Counted from the first letter of the stretch, positions 36,646-47,039 are shown. The stretch: DNA of 64,000 nucleotides from Anaerolineales bacterium (GCA_025450445.1 JANWHN010000055.1:1325-65324), one strand, 5' to 3'. The notes: generated from the letters alone by a model not told the origin. Translations and numbers: made by a program.

Positions 36646-37485
36646 TTGGCTACTTCCGCCACATCTATCAATGTGCCTGCGCTATTGCGTCGGCATGGCT
36701 TGCGTCCCAATAAGCGGCTCGGCCAAAATTTCCTCGTCGACGACAATCACTTGGCGCGGATTGTTGAAACTGCCGGGGTAGGCGCACAAGACGAAGTCCT
36801 CGAAGTTGGCGCCGGTTTGGGATCGCTTACTATCCACCTGGCAAACGCTGCGAAGCGCGTCGTCGCTGTTGAGCTGGATGACAAAATGCTCGGCCCATTA
36901 CGTGAAACCGTGGCGCAGCATCCCAACGTCGAGATTGTGCACGCCAATATTTTGGAGCTCGAACTCGCCAAGTATTTCAGCACATCCAGCTTTCTTGTCG
37001 TCGCCAATATTCCCTATTACCTCACTTCTAATTTGATCCGTCATTTGTTGGAAACCGAGCCACGCCCATCCAAACTTGCTCTCACTGTTCAAGTTGAAGT
37101 AGCTGAGCGCGCCTGCGCCCAACCGCCCGACATGTCTTTGCTTTCATTGAGTGTTCAGGTCTACGGTTCTCCTCGCATCGCTCATCGTATTCCCGCCGGC
37201 GCTTTTTATCCCCCACCAAAAGTGGACTCCGCGGTCCTGTTAATCGATCTTTTTGAAAAAGCAAAATTTCCCGCAGACAAGCTAAAAGTCTTCTTTAGGC
37301 TAACTAAAACAAGTTTTGCGCAGAAGCGCAAAACCCTGGCGAATTCTTTGGCCTCATTGCCCGAGTGGACGAAAGAACAAACAATTGCCCGCCTGCAAGC
37401 CGCTGGCATTGACGCGCGCCGTAGGCCACAAACCTTGAGCTTAGACGAGTGGGGGAAAATTGTGGAAAGTGCTAGCGCACTATAA
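36646..37485 (+). CDS. rsmA: 16S rRNA (adenine1518/1519-N6)-dimethyltransferase
   Basis: KRLGQNFLVD, VLEVGAGLGSLT, VVANIPYY. TTG start. Confidence 0.9.
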   Translation: MATSATSINVPALLRRHGLRPNKRLGQNFLVDDNHLARIVETAGVGAQDEVLEVGAGLGSLTIHLANAAKRVVAVELDDKMLGPLRETVAQHPNVEIVHANILELELAKYFSTSSFLVVANIPYYLTSNLIRHLLETEPRPSKLALTVQVEVAERACAQPPDMSLLSLSVQVYGSPRIAHRIPAGAFYPPPKVDSAVLLIDLFEKAKFPADKLKVFFRLTKTSFAQKRKTLANSLASLPEWTKEQTIARLQAAGIDARRRPQTLSLDEWGKIVESASAL

Positions 37486-38277
37486 ATCTGTTCGTGATTT
37501 TTCGACTTCGGCCAACACCGCAAGCATTTTCGGATGCAACTCGCGGTTTGCCGCGCATACGGATTGTGGCTTGCTGATGAAATCCGGCCCTCCGCGCACG
37601 TCGGTGACCAAAGCGCCAGCTTCCTGCGCGATCAAGCCGCCCGCCGCGACATCCCATGCGTTCAGCCTGATCTCCCAAAAGCCGTCAAGGCGGCCGGCTG
37701 CCACATAGCAAAGGTCCAGGGCCGCAGATCCTAGCCGGCGCACGCCTTGGCTGCGCTTCGAGAAAGCGGCGAACTCGGCCATGTTGTTTTGTGGATTGGT
37801 CCATGCGTCGTATGGAAAACCTGTTACCAACAAACTACTTTTTAAATCCTTAACAACTGAAACATGGATCGGGTTTGCATTTAGCCAGGCGCCTGTGCTG
37901 CGTTCCGCCAAATACATCTCATCCGCAATCGGGTCGTAAATTGCGCCAAGCGTCAGTTCGCCATTCTGCGCATACGCGATCGAAACAGCGAATAACGCCA
38001 TTCCGTGTGAATAGTTGAGCGTTCCATCGAGGGGATCGATATACCAAACATCGTCTGCTGAACCAGTTCGTTCTCCACTTTCTTCACTAAACACGCGGTG
38101 CTGAGGGAAGAGTTTTCCTACCTCACCAAGCAGATACGCTTCCGATTGATGATCGACCTCAGTAACGAGGTCGATCTCGCCCTTGTAGCTGATCTGGTGC
38201 ACATTGCCAAATCCGGCGCGCAAAATCTCGCCCGCCCCGCGGGCAAAACGCTCAATATCCTCAATGGTTGGTTGCAT
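37480..38277 (-). CDS. Inositol monophosphatase family protein (SuhB-like)
   Basis: FSEESG, WYIDPLDGTLNY, WDVAAG. Confidence 0.9.
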   Translation of the reverse strand: MQPTIEDIERFARGAGEILRAGFGNVHQISYKGEIDLVTEVDHQSEAYLLGEVGKLFPQHRVFSEESGERTGSADDVWYIDPLDGTLNYSHGMALFAVSIAYAQNGELTLGAIYDPIADEMYLAERSTGAWLNANPIHVSVVKDLKSSLLVTGFPYDAWTNPQNNMAEFAAFSKRSQGVRRLGSAALDLCYVAAGRLDGFWEIRLNAWDVAAGGLIAQEAGALVTDVRGGPDFISKPQSVCAANRELHPKMLAVLAEVEKSRTDL

Positions 38278-38282
38278 GGATG

Positions 38283-38915
38283 CTATTTCTGGCCGCGAGC
38301 TTCAGCCGCCAATTGTTCAAAGAATTGGGACAAGAATTTCTGTCTTTCGTCGGCGATTTTTTTCCCCGTTTCTGTTTGCATCCGATCTTTTATTTTTCCA
38401 AGCTTGAACAAGTACTCGTGATAAGAGCTGTATGTTTCGCCCGTATCAGGTTTCCCGGTTTCTTTGAACTTTTCGCTCGGTTCGGCGAAGAACGGCCACT
38501 TCATCACCACATCGTAACCGAGGGTGCGCGCCACTCCAAAAGCCCCGAGCACATCCAACTTGTCAGCGTCGAACATAACCTTGGCTTCGATCGTCTCTGG
38601 CTTCTCGTCACCGCGGAAACGGTGGGCACGGATGCAATGCTGCACTGCAGCAATTCGTTCATCTTGCCAGCCCTCCGCGCTCAGAATCTGGTGGGCAAAG
38701 TCCGCCGAAAGATGCTGGTGCTCGGCCCGTTTGCCACCACCGGTTTCACCGCCGCTGGCGTCGTGCAACAGGGTCGCCGCTCGAACGATTTCAAGGTCAG
38801 CGTTCTCGGCTTCAGCTAGTCGTTCAGCCAGATGATAGACGCGCAAAATGTGATCGAAGCCGTGCACTGGGTCGTATTCCGGATACCAGGCACGCGCTTG
38901 ATCTATGGTGGGCAT
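38283..38915 (-). CDS. HD-domain metal-dependent phosphohydrolase
   Basis: GFDHILRV, ATLLHDASG, DADKLD. Confidence 0.8.
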   Translation of the reverse strand: MPTIDQARAWYPEYDPVHGFDHILRVYHLAERLAEAENADLEIVRAATLLHDASGGETGGGKRAEHQHLSADFAHQILSAEGWQDERIAAVQHCIRAHRFRGDEKPETIEAKVMFDADKLDVLGAFGVARTLGYDVVMKWPFFAEPSEKFKETGKPDTGETYSSYHEYLFKLGKIKDRMQTETGKKIADERQKFLSQFFEQLAAEARGQK

Positions 38916-38918
38916 TCG

Positions 38919-39116
38919 TCAGAGGATGGTTGTGTAGTTGATCAGGTAGTAAATCGCGCCGAGCAGTATAACGCCCACCAATCCAATGAGGAAGGCACGC
39001 ATTGCTAGTCGGATCAGCCAGCGGATGAACACTACGCTCAGGCCGATCACTGCGATTAAACCCATGATCGCCCACTGGGTGGGCAAGCCGTCAAATATCG
39101 ATTGGATCCAGACCAT
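38919..39116 (-). CDS. Small 2-TM membrane protein (start uncertain)
   Basis: Hydrophobic ORF. The track start at 39146 overlaps hutI by 56 nt; in-frame ATGs at 39116 and 39065 are alternatives. Confidence 0.4.
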   Translation of the reverse strand: MVWIQSIFDGLPTQWAIMGLIAVIGLSVVFIRWLIRLAMRAFLIGLVGVILLGAIYYLINYTTIL

Positions 39117-40377
39117 TAGGCCAAGTTTGTACCGGGTAGGGCACACCTTTCTTGATCACTGTATGTACAAGATTGGTGCCAAATCGGTAACCAAGATGGC
39201 GATAATCGTCGACATCCAAAATCAGGAGGTCGGCCTGCTTCCCGACCTCAATCGAGCCAACATTCGCCTGCCTGCGGACCGCAGCCGCGCCATTTATCGT
39301 GCTTGCAGCAATTGCCTGGGCAGGCGTCAGCTTCAGGAAGCGGCAAGCAAGGGCTAGGGAGAATTGCATGTTTTCACACCAAGCGGTTCCTGGGTTTAAG
39401 TCACTGGCCACGGCGAGCAATCCATTTGCTGCCAAGATTGCTTTAGCGTTGGCATATTTGGTCTCTGCCAACCCAAATGGTGTTGCCGGCAACGCGACCG
39501 CAACCATTTCGCTCTCTCCAAGCTTCGAAATCTCAGCCGTGGATGTGCTGACTAAATGGTCCGCTGAGATTGCTCCCAATTCCATGGCCAGGTTTGTTCC
39601 GCCCAAATTGTCGAATTCGTCAGCATGGATCTTTGTTGGAAAGCCTAGATCGGTTGCAGTCTCCAAGATTTGGCGAGATTGTTCAAGGCTGAATGCGCCC
39701 GTTTCGCAAAACACATCGACAAATGCCAATGGGCGGCCAGCGACATTTTCATGCCACCAGTTTTTCACCTCAGGTAGCCAGTTGGCGCAAAGCTCCTTTG
39801 TGAACTCGTCGCCCCGCCCTTTGAATTCTGCTGGAATGGCATGCGCGCCCAGAAATGTGATGGCCAAGTCCCACGGACCTTCATTGTCAAGAGCAACCAG
39901 ACTCTTCAGCAGCCTCAGCTCCGTTTCTAAATCGAGGCCGTAACCTGTCTTTGCTTCGATAGTTGTGCTCCCATGAGCAAACATCTGGAGCAAACGTGGA
40001 CGCGTCTGATTAAGTAATTCCTCCGTCGATGCATTTCGCGTCGCTTTCACCGTGGAGAGAATCCCGCCGCCAGCCTCAAGGATCTCTAAGTAAGTCTTCC
40101 CCTGCAATCGCCGTTCGAATTCCGCCGCCCGATCCCCAGCCCACATTGGATGCGTGTGAGCATCAACAAATCCCGGCATTACTACCTTGCCACCCGCGTC
40201 CAACCTTGCCTCGGCCGGATGTCTGGCAATCAAGTCGGAACTCGCATCAACTTCAACGATTCTCGCATCGCGAAAAAGTACGGCGCCGTTTTCTATAATT
40301 CCTAAATTTCCAAGGATTTCGCCGCGCTGTGGGCCCCCGCGCAGGGTTAGCAATTGTTTTGCATTGTGAATCAACAT
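39091..40377 (-). CDS. hutI: Imidazolonepropionase (amidohydrolase superfamily)
   Basis: PGFVDAHTHP, TTIE(A)KTGYGL, KIHADE, ALPATPF, ASDLNPG. TATAAT (complement of 40385-40390) sits 7 nt upstream of ATG 40377, so I prefer this start over 40431. Confidence 0.85.
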   Translation of the reverse strand: MLIHNAKQLLTLRGGPQRGEILGNLGIIENGAVLFRDARIVEVDASSDLIARHPAEARLDAGGKVVMPGFVDAHTHPMWAGDRAAEFERRLQGKTYLEILEAGGGILSTVKATRNASTEELLNQTRPRLLQMFAHGSTTIEAKTGYGLDLETELRLLKSLVALDNEGPWDLAITFLGAHAIPAEFKGRGDEFTKELCANWLPEVKNWWHENVAGRPLAFVDVFCETGAFSLEQSRQILETATDLGFPTKIHADEFDNLGGTNLAMELGAISADHLVSTSTAEISKLGESEMVAVALPATPFGLAETKYANAKAILAANGLLAVASDLNPGTAWCENMQFSLALACRFLKLTPAQAIAASTINGAAAVRRQANVGSIEVGKQADLLILDVDDYRHLGYRFGTNLVHTVIKKGVPYPVQTWPNGLDPIDI

Positions 40378-40478
40378 GATCGGCATTATACAGTGCGAAA
40401 ATTTCTGTCTTTTTGCCGCATTTCTTGACACCCTAAAATCGCTATGCTACAGTTAGCCGCTTGACCTCGTCCGAGATT

Positions 40479-40850
40479 ATGAACAGATCGCGAACCCAAC
40501 TTCTTAACGAACGATTGAGCGGTCTGCAAGATTCGACTCCTGAGATCGTCGGAGCTGCAATTGTCAGCGCTGATGGCTTAAGTATCGCTTCAGTGCTCGC
40601 ACCGCCGATCGAAGAGGACCGCGTGGCAGCCATGTCTGCCGCAATGTTGTCGTTAGGCGAGCGTATCGCAGAAGAATTGGGCCGGGGCAAATTAGAGCAG
40701 GTTTACATCCGCGGGTCTGCAGGCTACGCCATCTTGACTGCCGTAGGTCCAAACGCTGTGCTCAGCATCATTGCAGTCCCTGAAGCCCGGCTCGGATTGC
40801 TTCTTCTGGAATTGCGCAAAATAGTCGCCGATTTACAACTTTTGCTTTAA
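40479..40850 (+). CDS. Roadblock/LC7 (MglB-like) domain protein
   Basis: GAAIVSADGLSIAS...AAMSAAMLSLGERIAEELGRG pattern. ATG 40479 is preferred to TTG 40461. Confidence 0.75.
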   Translation: MNRSRTQLLNERLSGLQDSTPEIVGAAIVSADGLSIASVLAPPIEEDRVAAMSAAMLSLGERIAEELGRGKLEQVYIRGSAGYAILTAVGPNAVLSIIAVPEARLGLLLLELRKIVADLQLLL

Positions 40851-40855
40851 TAGGT

Positions 40856-41500
40856 TTGGCTGAAATGCAGGCCATTCCAAAGAGCGGCTACACGTTGCCA
40901 AATCGGTTGGCTCGTATCACCGTTTTAGCGGTTGAAGAAATGCTGGGAAAAAAAGGGATGCATGCTTTACTGAACCTGGCTCACCTCTCCCATTTGATTG
41001 ATAACTATCCTGCGGCAAATTTGGAGCGCGGTTTCGATTTTTCCGAATACGCTGCCCTAAATTTTGGACTGGAAGAAATGTACGGTATTCGCGGCGGGCG
41101 CGGTCTCGCATTGCGGGCCGGGCGTGAGACCTTTTCGAGAGCGCTGAGCAACTTCGGCGCTCTAGCGGGCACTGGTGATGTAGCGTTCAAAGTTTTGCCA
41201 CTCGGGATGAAGATAAAGATTGCTCTTCCCGCGATGGCGCGCATTTTTAGCGAGGTCAGCGATATGGCTAGCAGTGTAGTGGATCAACAACACTCGGTCG
41301 ACTACCTGGTCCAACGCAATGCAGTTTGCTGGGGCCGAACCGGAGAAGAAAAACCTGTTTGCTATCTGATGGTTGGCCTGTTGCAAGAGTCGATGCATAG
41401 CACCTCCGGCGGTCGCGAGTTTCGTGTGGACGAAGCGGAATGCCAGGCGATGGGTCATGAAGCATGCCGCTTCGTGATTCAAAAGGAACCACTTAACTAG
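40856..41500 (+). CDS. V4R (4-vinyl reductase) domain protein
   Basis: The C-terminal half has the V4R-like cysteine pattern C-W-G..., PVCYLMVGLL, ECQAMGHEACRF. Confidence 0.6.
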   Translation: MAEMQAIPKSGYTLPNRLARITVLAVEEMLGKKGMHALLNLAHLSHLIDNYPAANLERGFDFSEYAALNFGLEEMYGIRGGRGLALRAGRETFSRALSNFGALAGTGDVAFKVLPLGMKIKIALPAMARIFSEVSDMASSVVDQQHSVDYLVQRNAVCWGRTGEEKPVCYLMVGLLQESMHSTSGGREFRVDEAECQAMGHEACRFVIQKEPLN

Positions 41501-41503
41501 CTC

Positions 41504-42238
41504 ATGAAGATTATGTTGGTTTTGCCAACTTACAACGAGGCAGAAAATCTGCCGAAGTTAATCCCGATCTTGATGGCATTACCTCTGCCAGATCTCAAAG
41601 TTTTGGTTGTTGACGATAAAAGCCCTGATCGCACCGGAGAGATTGCCGAAGAGCTAGCCAAGCAATTTCCCGGACGCATCGAAGTCCTGCATCGCAGTGG
41701 CGAGCGCGGGCTCGGGCGGGCATACGTATTTGGTTTCGATCATGCGCTCAAGAGCGATGCTGAGGCGATCGCTCAGATGGATTGTGACTTTTCACATCCG
41801 CCTGACAAACTGCCCGAGCTTGTCGCCAAGCTCACAGATTGTGATCTGGCTCTCGGTTCGCGCTACATCCCCGGCGGTGGGGTTGACAAACGTTGGCCAA
41901 TATGGCGCAAGGCGCTGTCTCGCTGGGGAAATTTCTACGCCCGCACTATTCTCGGTCTTCCAATTCACGATGTGACCGGCGCCTTCCGCCTTTGGCGCAG
42001 GGAAATGCTCGAGCGCCTCCCTTATCGTCAAGTCGTTTCAAATGGCTACGTCTTCATAGTGGAAATCCTTTATCTTGCCCAGCTGCATGGATGCCGCTTC
42101 GGCGAGGTGCCAATCTACTTTGCCGACCGACAATGGGGGCGATCCAAAATGAATTTCAAGATTCAGCTTGAGGCAGCTCTCCGGGTCTGGCAAGTGAAAT
42201 GGGCTTATCGAAATTTGCAACTTGATCGCTTAGCTTGA
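41504..42238 (+). CDS. GT2 polyprenol-phosphate mannose synthase (Ppm1/Dpm1-like)
   Basis: VLPTYNEAENL, VVDDKSPDRTGE, QMDCDFSHPP, GSRY. Confidence 0.85.
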   Translation: MKIMLVLPTYNEAENLPKLIPILMALPLPDLKVLVVDDKSPDRTGEIAEELAKQFPGRIEVLHRSGERGLGRAYVFGFDHALKSDAEAIAQMDCDFSHPPDKLPELVAKLTDCDLALGSRYIPGGGVDKRWPIWRKALSRWGNFYARTILGLPIHDVTGAFRLWRREMLERLPYRQVVSNGYVFIVEILYLAQLHGCRFGEVPIYFADRQWGRSKMNFKIQLEAALRVWQVKWAYRNLQLDRLA

Positions 42239-43296
42239 AAAGACTAGCTTTAACACCAATCCCATTGATCTTGCTGGCTGTCCTTTTTCTGGTTATTGCT
42301 TTTAACCAGTTGCCTGTCGAAAATTCCGGATTGGCTATTGATTGGAAGCAGATCTGGAGGGCGACGCACAATTTTGAAGCCAACTACGGCAGCACTGAGT
42401 TTCGCACTCCTCCTTGGGTCCTTCCTTTGCTGTGGCCTCTGACCCTGTTTCCCCTTAGCGCTAGTTGGGGGCTTGCGGCTAGTCTGACCCTGGGTGTTTT
42501 GGTAGTCAGTGTTCCTCGTCAGGTCCAGCGAAAGACTTGGTTCGTTGGAGTACTGTTGCTGGTGACCTCATATCCGGCGCTTCGTCAGATCATTGATGGC
42601 AATCTTGAGGCGCTGATAATTGGTGCGGTGCTATTGTTGCTTTGGGGTGTCAAAATTAGAAATCCGTGGGCGCTCGGAATTGGGATTCTCTTAGCCGCGG
42701 CAAAGATCCAAGAGACTTGGCTAGTGCTTATCGTCCTGTCATTTTGGTTGCTCCTAAATTGGCCGCGCCAATCCATTTTGAAAGCGACCCTGGTTGCTTT
42801 TGTCATTGCACTTCCCTTCGTCTTATGGAAGGGAGCAGAATGGTCCCATGCGATGTTGCATTTCTCCTGGCCCGGCACTGCCATTGATAGCAGTTTGCAG
42901 GCAGCAATGAAGCGCCTGACAATACCGTCTCCAGTCTTTTGGTTCTTATGGGCTGTGATATTTTTAACCACAATTAACATTCTGCTTTGGCGAAAACCTC
43001 CAATAGGAAGGAGCGAAGCTGGCTTGCTCATCTCCGCGAGCCTCTTACTTGGGCCTTACGCTGCTAGCAACAGTGTGCTGACGCCATTAGCTATCGGCGT
43101 CGTCCCCTTGCTTCAAAGACGCCCACTTTTTGCGCTTTCTTTAATTGCGCTCTATGACATTCCCTTTATCGCTTTGGGCAGGCCTGACCTGCGTGCCACG
43201 TTGGAAAGCAGTTATTGGACCTTGATTTTGTTGATCACTTGGATGATTTTTGTGTTCGATGTAGGGCGACAGCGTCATGAGGACGAGTCAAACTGA
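42235..43296 (+). CDS. Polytopic membrane protein, probable GT-C type (DUF2029/GT87-like) polyprenol-P-sugar dependent glycosyltransferase
   Basis: About 10 TM helices; translationally coupled to the Ppm1-like gene. TTG start. Confidence 0.55.
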   Translation: MKRLALTPIPLILLAVLFLVIAFNQLPVENSGLAIDWKQIWRATHNFEANYGSTEFRTPPWVLPLLWPLTLFPLSASWGLAASLTLGVLVVSVPRQVQRKTWFVGVLLLVTSYPALRQIIDGNLEALIIGAVLLLLWGVKIRNPWALGIGILLAAAKIQETWLVLIVLSFWLLLNWPRQSILKATLVAFVIALPFVLWKGAEWSHAMLHFSWPGTAIDSSLQAAMKRLTIPSPVFWFLWAVIFLTTINILLWRKPPIGRSEAGLLISASLLLGPYAASNSVLTPLAIGVVPLLQRRPLFALSLIALYDIPFIALGRPDLRATLESSYWTLILLITWMIFVFDVGRQRHEDESN

Positions 43297-43428
43297 TCAA
43301 AGTGCCGCGCGGAAGGTAAAAGAAAAATTCGTCCATAGCGCTAAGCGCGCACTCATTGCGATTTTTATGCGTGCCGTCTAATTGATATTGGTGGGTGGCT
43401 AAAAACTGGGCGGAGTTAAGCTTGGCGC

Positions 43429-44244
43429 TCATGGCTCGCGCAGCTGCTTTTCTAATTCTTGCAACGACACCCGCGACGTAAGATCCATGCTTACCGGCGT
43501 AACTGCTACCTGCCGTTTTACGATCACCGCGTGTACGTCTGTGTCCTCTGCGAAGGTACTTGCATCCGGAACTTGCTCGTACCCGGTTGAGCCGCGCTCG
43601 CTCCATGCCTTGCGTTGTGGGGCAGTCGGTAAGTAAAAGCGCAGCCTCGATAATTTGGTCATCACCCATGGGGTTTCTGCTGTAGCGTCAGAAGGGACTT
43701 CAACCTTTAGCACGTGCATATCTTCCGGGAATCTTTTGGCCAGCAATTGGCGGGCAAACAATGTTGTGAAGTGTGCTGATGCTTTGAAGTCAACCTCTTT
43801 TGAAAGGCTCAAATGATATTTATGGTCGGTCTCTAAAGAAATCGCCAGTGACGGAACCCCGTGCGACGCTCCTTCAAGAGCCGCGCCAACAGTGCCTGAA
43901 ATGGTTACTCCGGTCCCAAAGTTAGTCCCATAATTGATACCGGCAACCACCAGATCCGGAGGCGTCGGCATAATTTCCAGGATTGCATGTTGTACGGTCT
44001 GCGCTGGCGTGCCGCCAACTGCGTGAATGGTCCAATCGTTGCCATGGATTTTTATTTTCTGCGTAGTGATGATTCCGTCTGATGTTGGCGGCATGCTGCG
44101 GCCCATACCGGACGATTGCTCGCGTGGCGCAGCAACCCAAACATAGCCTAAGCTGGATAGCGCTTCTGCTGCCAACCATAGCCCTGGCGAATTGATCCCG
44201 TCATCATTTGTGAGCAGGATTTGTGGACGGCCGTTTTGAGCCAT
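43429..44244 (-). CDS. surE: 5'/3'-nucleotidase SurE
   Basis: ILLTNDDGINSPGL, GTPAQTV, GINYGTN. Confidence 0.9.
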   Translation of the reverse strand: MAQNGRPQILLTNDDGINSPGLWLAAEALSSLGYVWVAAPREQSSGMGRSMPPTSDGIITTQKIKIHGNDWTIHAVGGTPAQTVQHAILEIMPTPPDLVVAGINYGTNFGTGVTISGTVGAALEGASHGVPSLAISLETDHKYHLSLSKEVDFKASAHFTTLFARQLLAKRFPEDMHVLKVEVPSDATAETPWVMTKLSRLRFYLPTAPQRKAWSERGSTGYEQVPDASTFAEDTDVHAVIVKRQVAVTPVSMDLTSRVSLQELEKQLREP

Positions 44245-44297
44245 AGCGGGAAATTGTATCAGCCAGACTTGGGCAGTCTGGCGCGGATGTTTAGACC

Positions 44298-45692
44298 TTA
44301 AGGAATTCTATTGATTGCGTCAGAACCAAGCCGTATCTCAACATCAACAGCAGCGCTCGCATCATACTCATGAATGATGCGAACATTTGGGATATCAAAC
44401 AGCTCAGCCAGGTATGCCAGTGTGTATGGGTTGCCGGTGTGGTCCACCAGTACAGTCAGCCCAGAATTAGACGACGCATTGCCCGCGTTCACCACTGTGG
44501 CCCCCAACCCGCTAATCCACGTCTGCGCCCGCGCAGTCAGGTTTGCGTCGCCTGAACCATTCTGGATCGAAACTCGGGGTGCTTCTGCAGCCATTTTCTC
44601 AGCGGAAGTACCAGGTGTTTGCGGTCCTAAAGCAGTGTTGCTTGTGAAGATCTCATCACGCAGGTCTCGTATCTTGTCTGGGATCGGGATCAAGATCGCC
44701 AGATCGTCAGGTGATCGGCCGTAAATGACATATTCCTGACCAATAACACCTTTCTTGATGTCTTGTTCCTGAATTTGCATTGCCAGCACGGCCAGCTGGA
44801 TTGCATCTTCGAGGGTGAGATTAGTTTGAATACCGGCAGAAAGCTCTGCGAACAATTGTGGGGCGTTTGCGATTAGGCCGGGCAGCATGTCATATTCGAG
44901 TATTCGCTCGCGAATAGCAAAGATGATTTGCTGCTGGCGTTGAGCGCGTGCAAAGTCACCTCCCTCAGCGTGCCGTTCGCGCGCGTAGGCCAGCGCCACA
45001 TTTCCCGGCAAGGTTTGCCGTCCGGGTTTCAAGTTCTTCGGATTTGTATCGTTGCCTAATGGGTCTACAGTAATCGGAGCGAGTACGTCCACCGTGACAC
45101 CGCCGATTAGGTCAATAAAGCGAATAAATGCCTCAAAGTCGATCTGTGCGTAATAGTCGATAGGCACGCCGATGGTCTGCTCCACAGTTCGCATCGCCAG
45201 TTCAGGTCCGCCGCCTGGCGTTTTATACAGCTCGCCGAAATAATAGGCAGTGTTGATCTTATTGGGATTGAAGCCGGGAATAACCGCCCATAGATCGCGC
45301 GGCACCGAGAGCATCCCAGCAGTCTTTGACACTGGATCAATTGAAAGCAGCATCATCGTGTCAGTCCGTGAGGGGCCTTCGCCTGAACTCCAATCGCGAT
45401 AATCCAGACCCATCACCAAGATCGTGACTCGCTCGGCTCCGCTCCAGGCAGGAGGCAATGTAACCCCTTGCCCGCTGGCCTGAATTTCTTCGGAGGTGAG
45501 TCCCTCGTCGCCCGCACCCGCATCCGCGAAGAGGGGAAGGCCAAACAAGCCAGTCGGCGCCGAACCTGCGTATCTAGACCACGAATAAGCCGTGGGTACC
45601 AGGAAAAGCGAAAGAATTACAAAAAAGACCAGAGCCACAATCGAAAGGCGTCGGTGCTGCTGAACAAACGCGGGCAGTTTTATGCGTGCCAT
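44298..45692 (-). CDS. LytR-CpsA-Psr (LCP) family protein, second paralogue
   Basis: TM anchor, ILVMGLDYRD, RTDTMMLLSIDP, SVPRDLW. Same architecture as 9136..10578. Confidence 0.85.
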   Translation of the reverse strand: MARIKLPAFVQQHRRLSIVALVFFVILSLFLVPTAYSWSRYAGSAPTGLFGLPLFADAGAGDEGLTSEEIQASGQGVTLPPAWSGAERVTILVMGLDYRDWSSGEGPSRTDTMMLLSIDPVSKTAGMLSVPRDLWAVIPGFNPNKINTAYYFGELYKTPGGGPELAMRTVEQTIGVPIDYYAQIDFEAFIRFIDLIGGVTVDVLAPITVDPLGNDTNPKNLKPGRQTLPGNVALAYARERHAEGGDFARAQRQQQIIFAIRERILEYDMLPGLIANAPQLFAELSAGIQTNLTLEDAIQLAVLAMQIQEQDIKKGVIGQEYVIYGRSPDDLAILIPIPDKIRDLRDEIFTSNTALGPQTPGTSAEKMAAEAPRVSIQNGSGDANLTARAQTWISGLGATVVNAGNASSNSGLTVLVDHTGNPYTLAYLAELFDIPNVRIIHEYDASAAVDVEIRLGSDAINRIP

Positions 45693-45694
45693 GG

Positions 45695-46945
45695 CTACGG
45701 CGTCGGCGTTTCCGTCGGAGTTTCGCTTGGCGGTTCAGGCGTGTCGCTCGGCACCGGCGTATCGCTTGGCGCCGGAGACGTGTCCGTGGGTGTTTCTGTA
45801 TCAAACAGTGGAGTATCCGATGCAGTTGGTGGCACGACCGTCCAAGTTGGTGTTAATGTGAAAGGCAGTGTGCTGGTCGGCAAATCTGTCGGCCCGATGC
45901 AGGCCTCGAAGGCAAAATTCAGTTTGGCCTGCAGCTCCGCGTCAATACGCACATTCAAGGCATCCTGATACGCATCTGCGGCCGCGCACCAATCGCCTTC
46001 GGCTCCAAGTTGATCGCCAATGTGAACTAAGGATTGCCAATATCTTGTAAAGGCAGCAATGCCATTCGAGTCGCGCAGGTCTGGCGCCATGCCAACCAGC
46101 AGGCCATAGTAATAAGCCGCATCTTGCGGATAGGCTAACCAGAAGGCGTTGCCGTACAGGTACAACCGCGCCCATTCTCGATAATTTGATGCCAGTCCAT
46201 CCAGAGGCCCGAATTTTTCGGCCAGTGCAAAGTCGTAAAGGCCGGGCTCGAACAACCCGAACTCCACAATGTTCTGAGCGCCGCGATTGCGTAGCGCAGC
46301 AAATAACATTCCATCAACGTCTGCAGTATTGAAACCCGCATCCGCCTGGCGTAAAGCCAGCAGTGTATCGATTGCCTCGGTCCAATCGTGGGCCACCATC
46401 CGAGCTCGTGCCGCGACAAGCAGCTCTTCTTTCGGGCGGGGATCCTGAGTCGGGGTGGGCGATTCAGTGGGCAACTCCACTGAAGTAGATTGCGGCGTGT
46501 TGCCGATCACCAGCATCACTTCGATCCACAAGTCAGCTACGTCTAAAAATTCTGGATCTTGTGAAAAAATGTATTCGAGGCGCTGCCGCGCTAACTCGTA
46601 ACTTCCCGCTTCCATGTCCGCGATCGCAAGGTTGTATTGTTCCAGCATGTAGAAGCTGGCCTGCATGGTGGCTGTGGCATTGAACTCGGACCGACCAACA
46701 GACCACCCCGCTGCCCCGCTGGCTGCCGACACCAACAAGAGGGCGATGAAAACGGTCAGAACGACCACAGCGATCGGCGAGCGCAAAAATCTTCGCAATC
46801 GCCCTCCGCCTTTGGCTGGCGGCGCTGAATAACCGGGTTTCACCGGACGCGAAACGAGCCGGGAGCCTGATGCTGAAGACGGCCTCGTAGTTTGCGGACC
46901 CGAATTGAAACCCTTATTGGGTTTTGTGTCGCCTTGATTAGACAT
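45695..46945 (-). CDS. Membrane-anchored TPR-like repeat protein with a Thr/Pro/Asp-rich C-terminal tail
   Basis: ATG 46945 (MSNQGDTKPNKG) lies downstream of the terminator at about 47000. The track start at 47248 would overlap the upstream gene. One TM helix, helical-repeat body, tail ...TPTDTSPAPSDTPVPSDTPEPPSETPTETPTP. Confidence 0.65.
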   Translation of the reverse strand: MSNQGDTKPNKGFNSGPQTTRPSSASGSRLVSRPVKPGYSAPPAKGGGRLRRFLRSPIAVVVLTVFIALLLVSAASGAAGWSVGRSEFNATATMQASFYMLEQYNLAIADMEAGSYELARQRLEYIFSQDPEFLDVADLWIEVMLVIGNTPQSTSVELPTESPTPTQDPRPKEELLVAARARMVAHDWTEAIDTLLALRQADAGFNTADVDGMLFAALRNRGAQNIVEFGLFEPGLYDFALAEKFGPLDGLASNYREWARLYLYGNAFWLAYPQDAAYYYGLLVGMAPDLRDSNGIAAFTRYWQSLVHIGDQLGAEGDWCAAADAYQDALNVRIDAELQAKLNFAFEACIGPTDLPTSTLPFTLTPTWTVVPPTASDTPLFDTETPTDTSPAPSDTPVPSDTPEPPSETPTETPTP

Positions 46946-46983
46946 CTGGTCCGCGTATTCTACTTTTCTTTGAACACGGTTGC

Positions 46984-47020
46984 TTAAGAAAACATAGGGC
47001 GCAGAGATGCGCCCTATGTC
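46984..47020 (-). terminator. Intrinsic terminator after the lipoprotein gene
   Basis: Stem CATAGGGCGC/GCGCCCTATG, followed on the minus strand by TTTT. Confidence 0.6.
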
Positions 47021-47039
47021 TTTGTTCAGCTTTTCTGAC

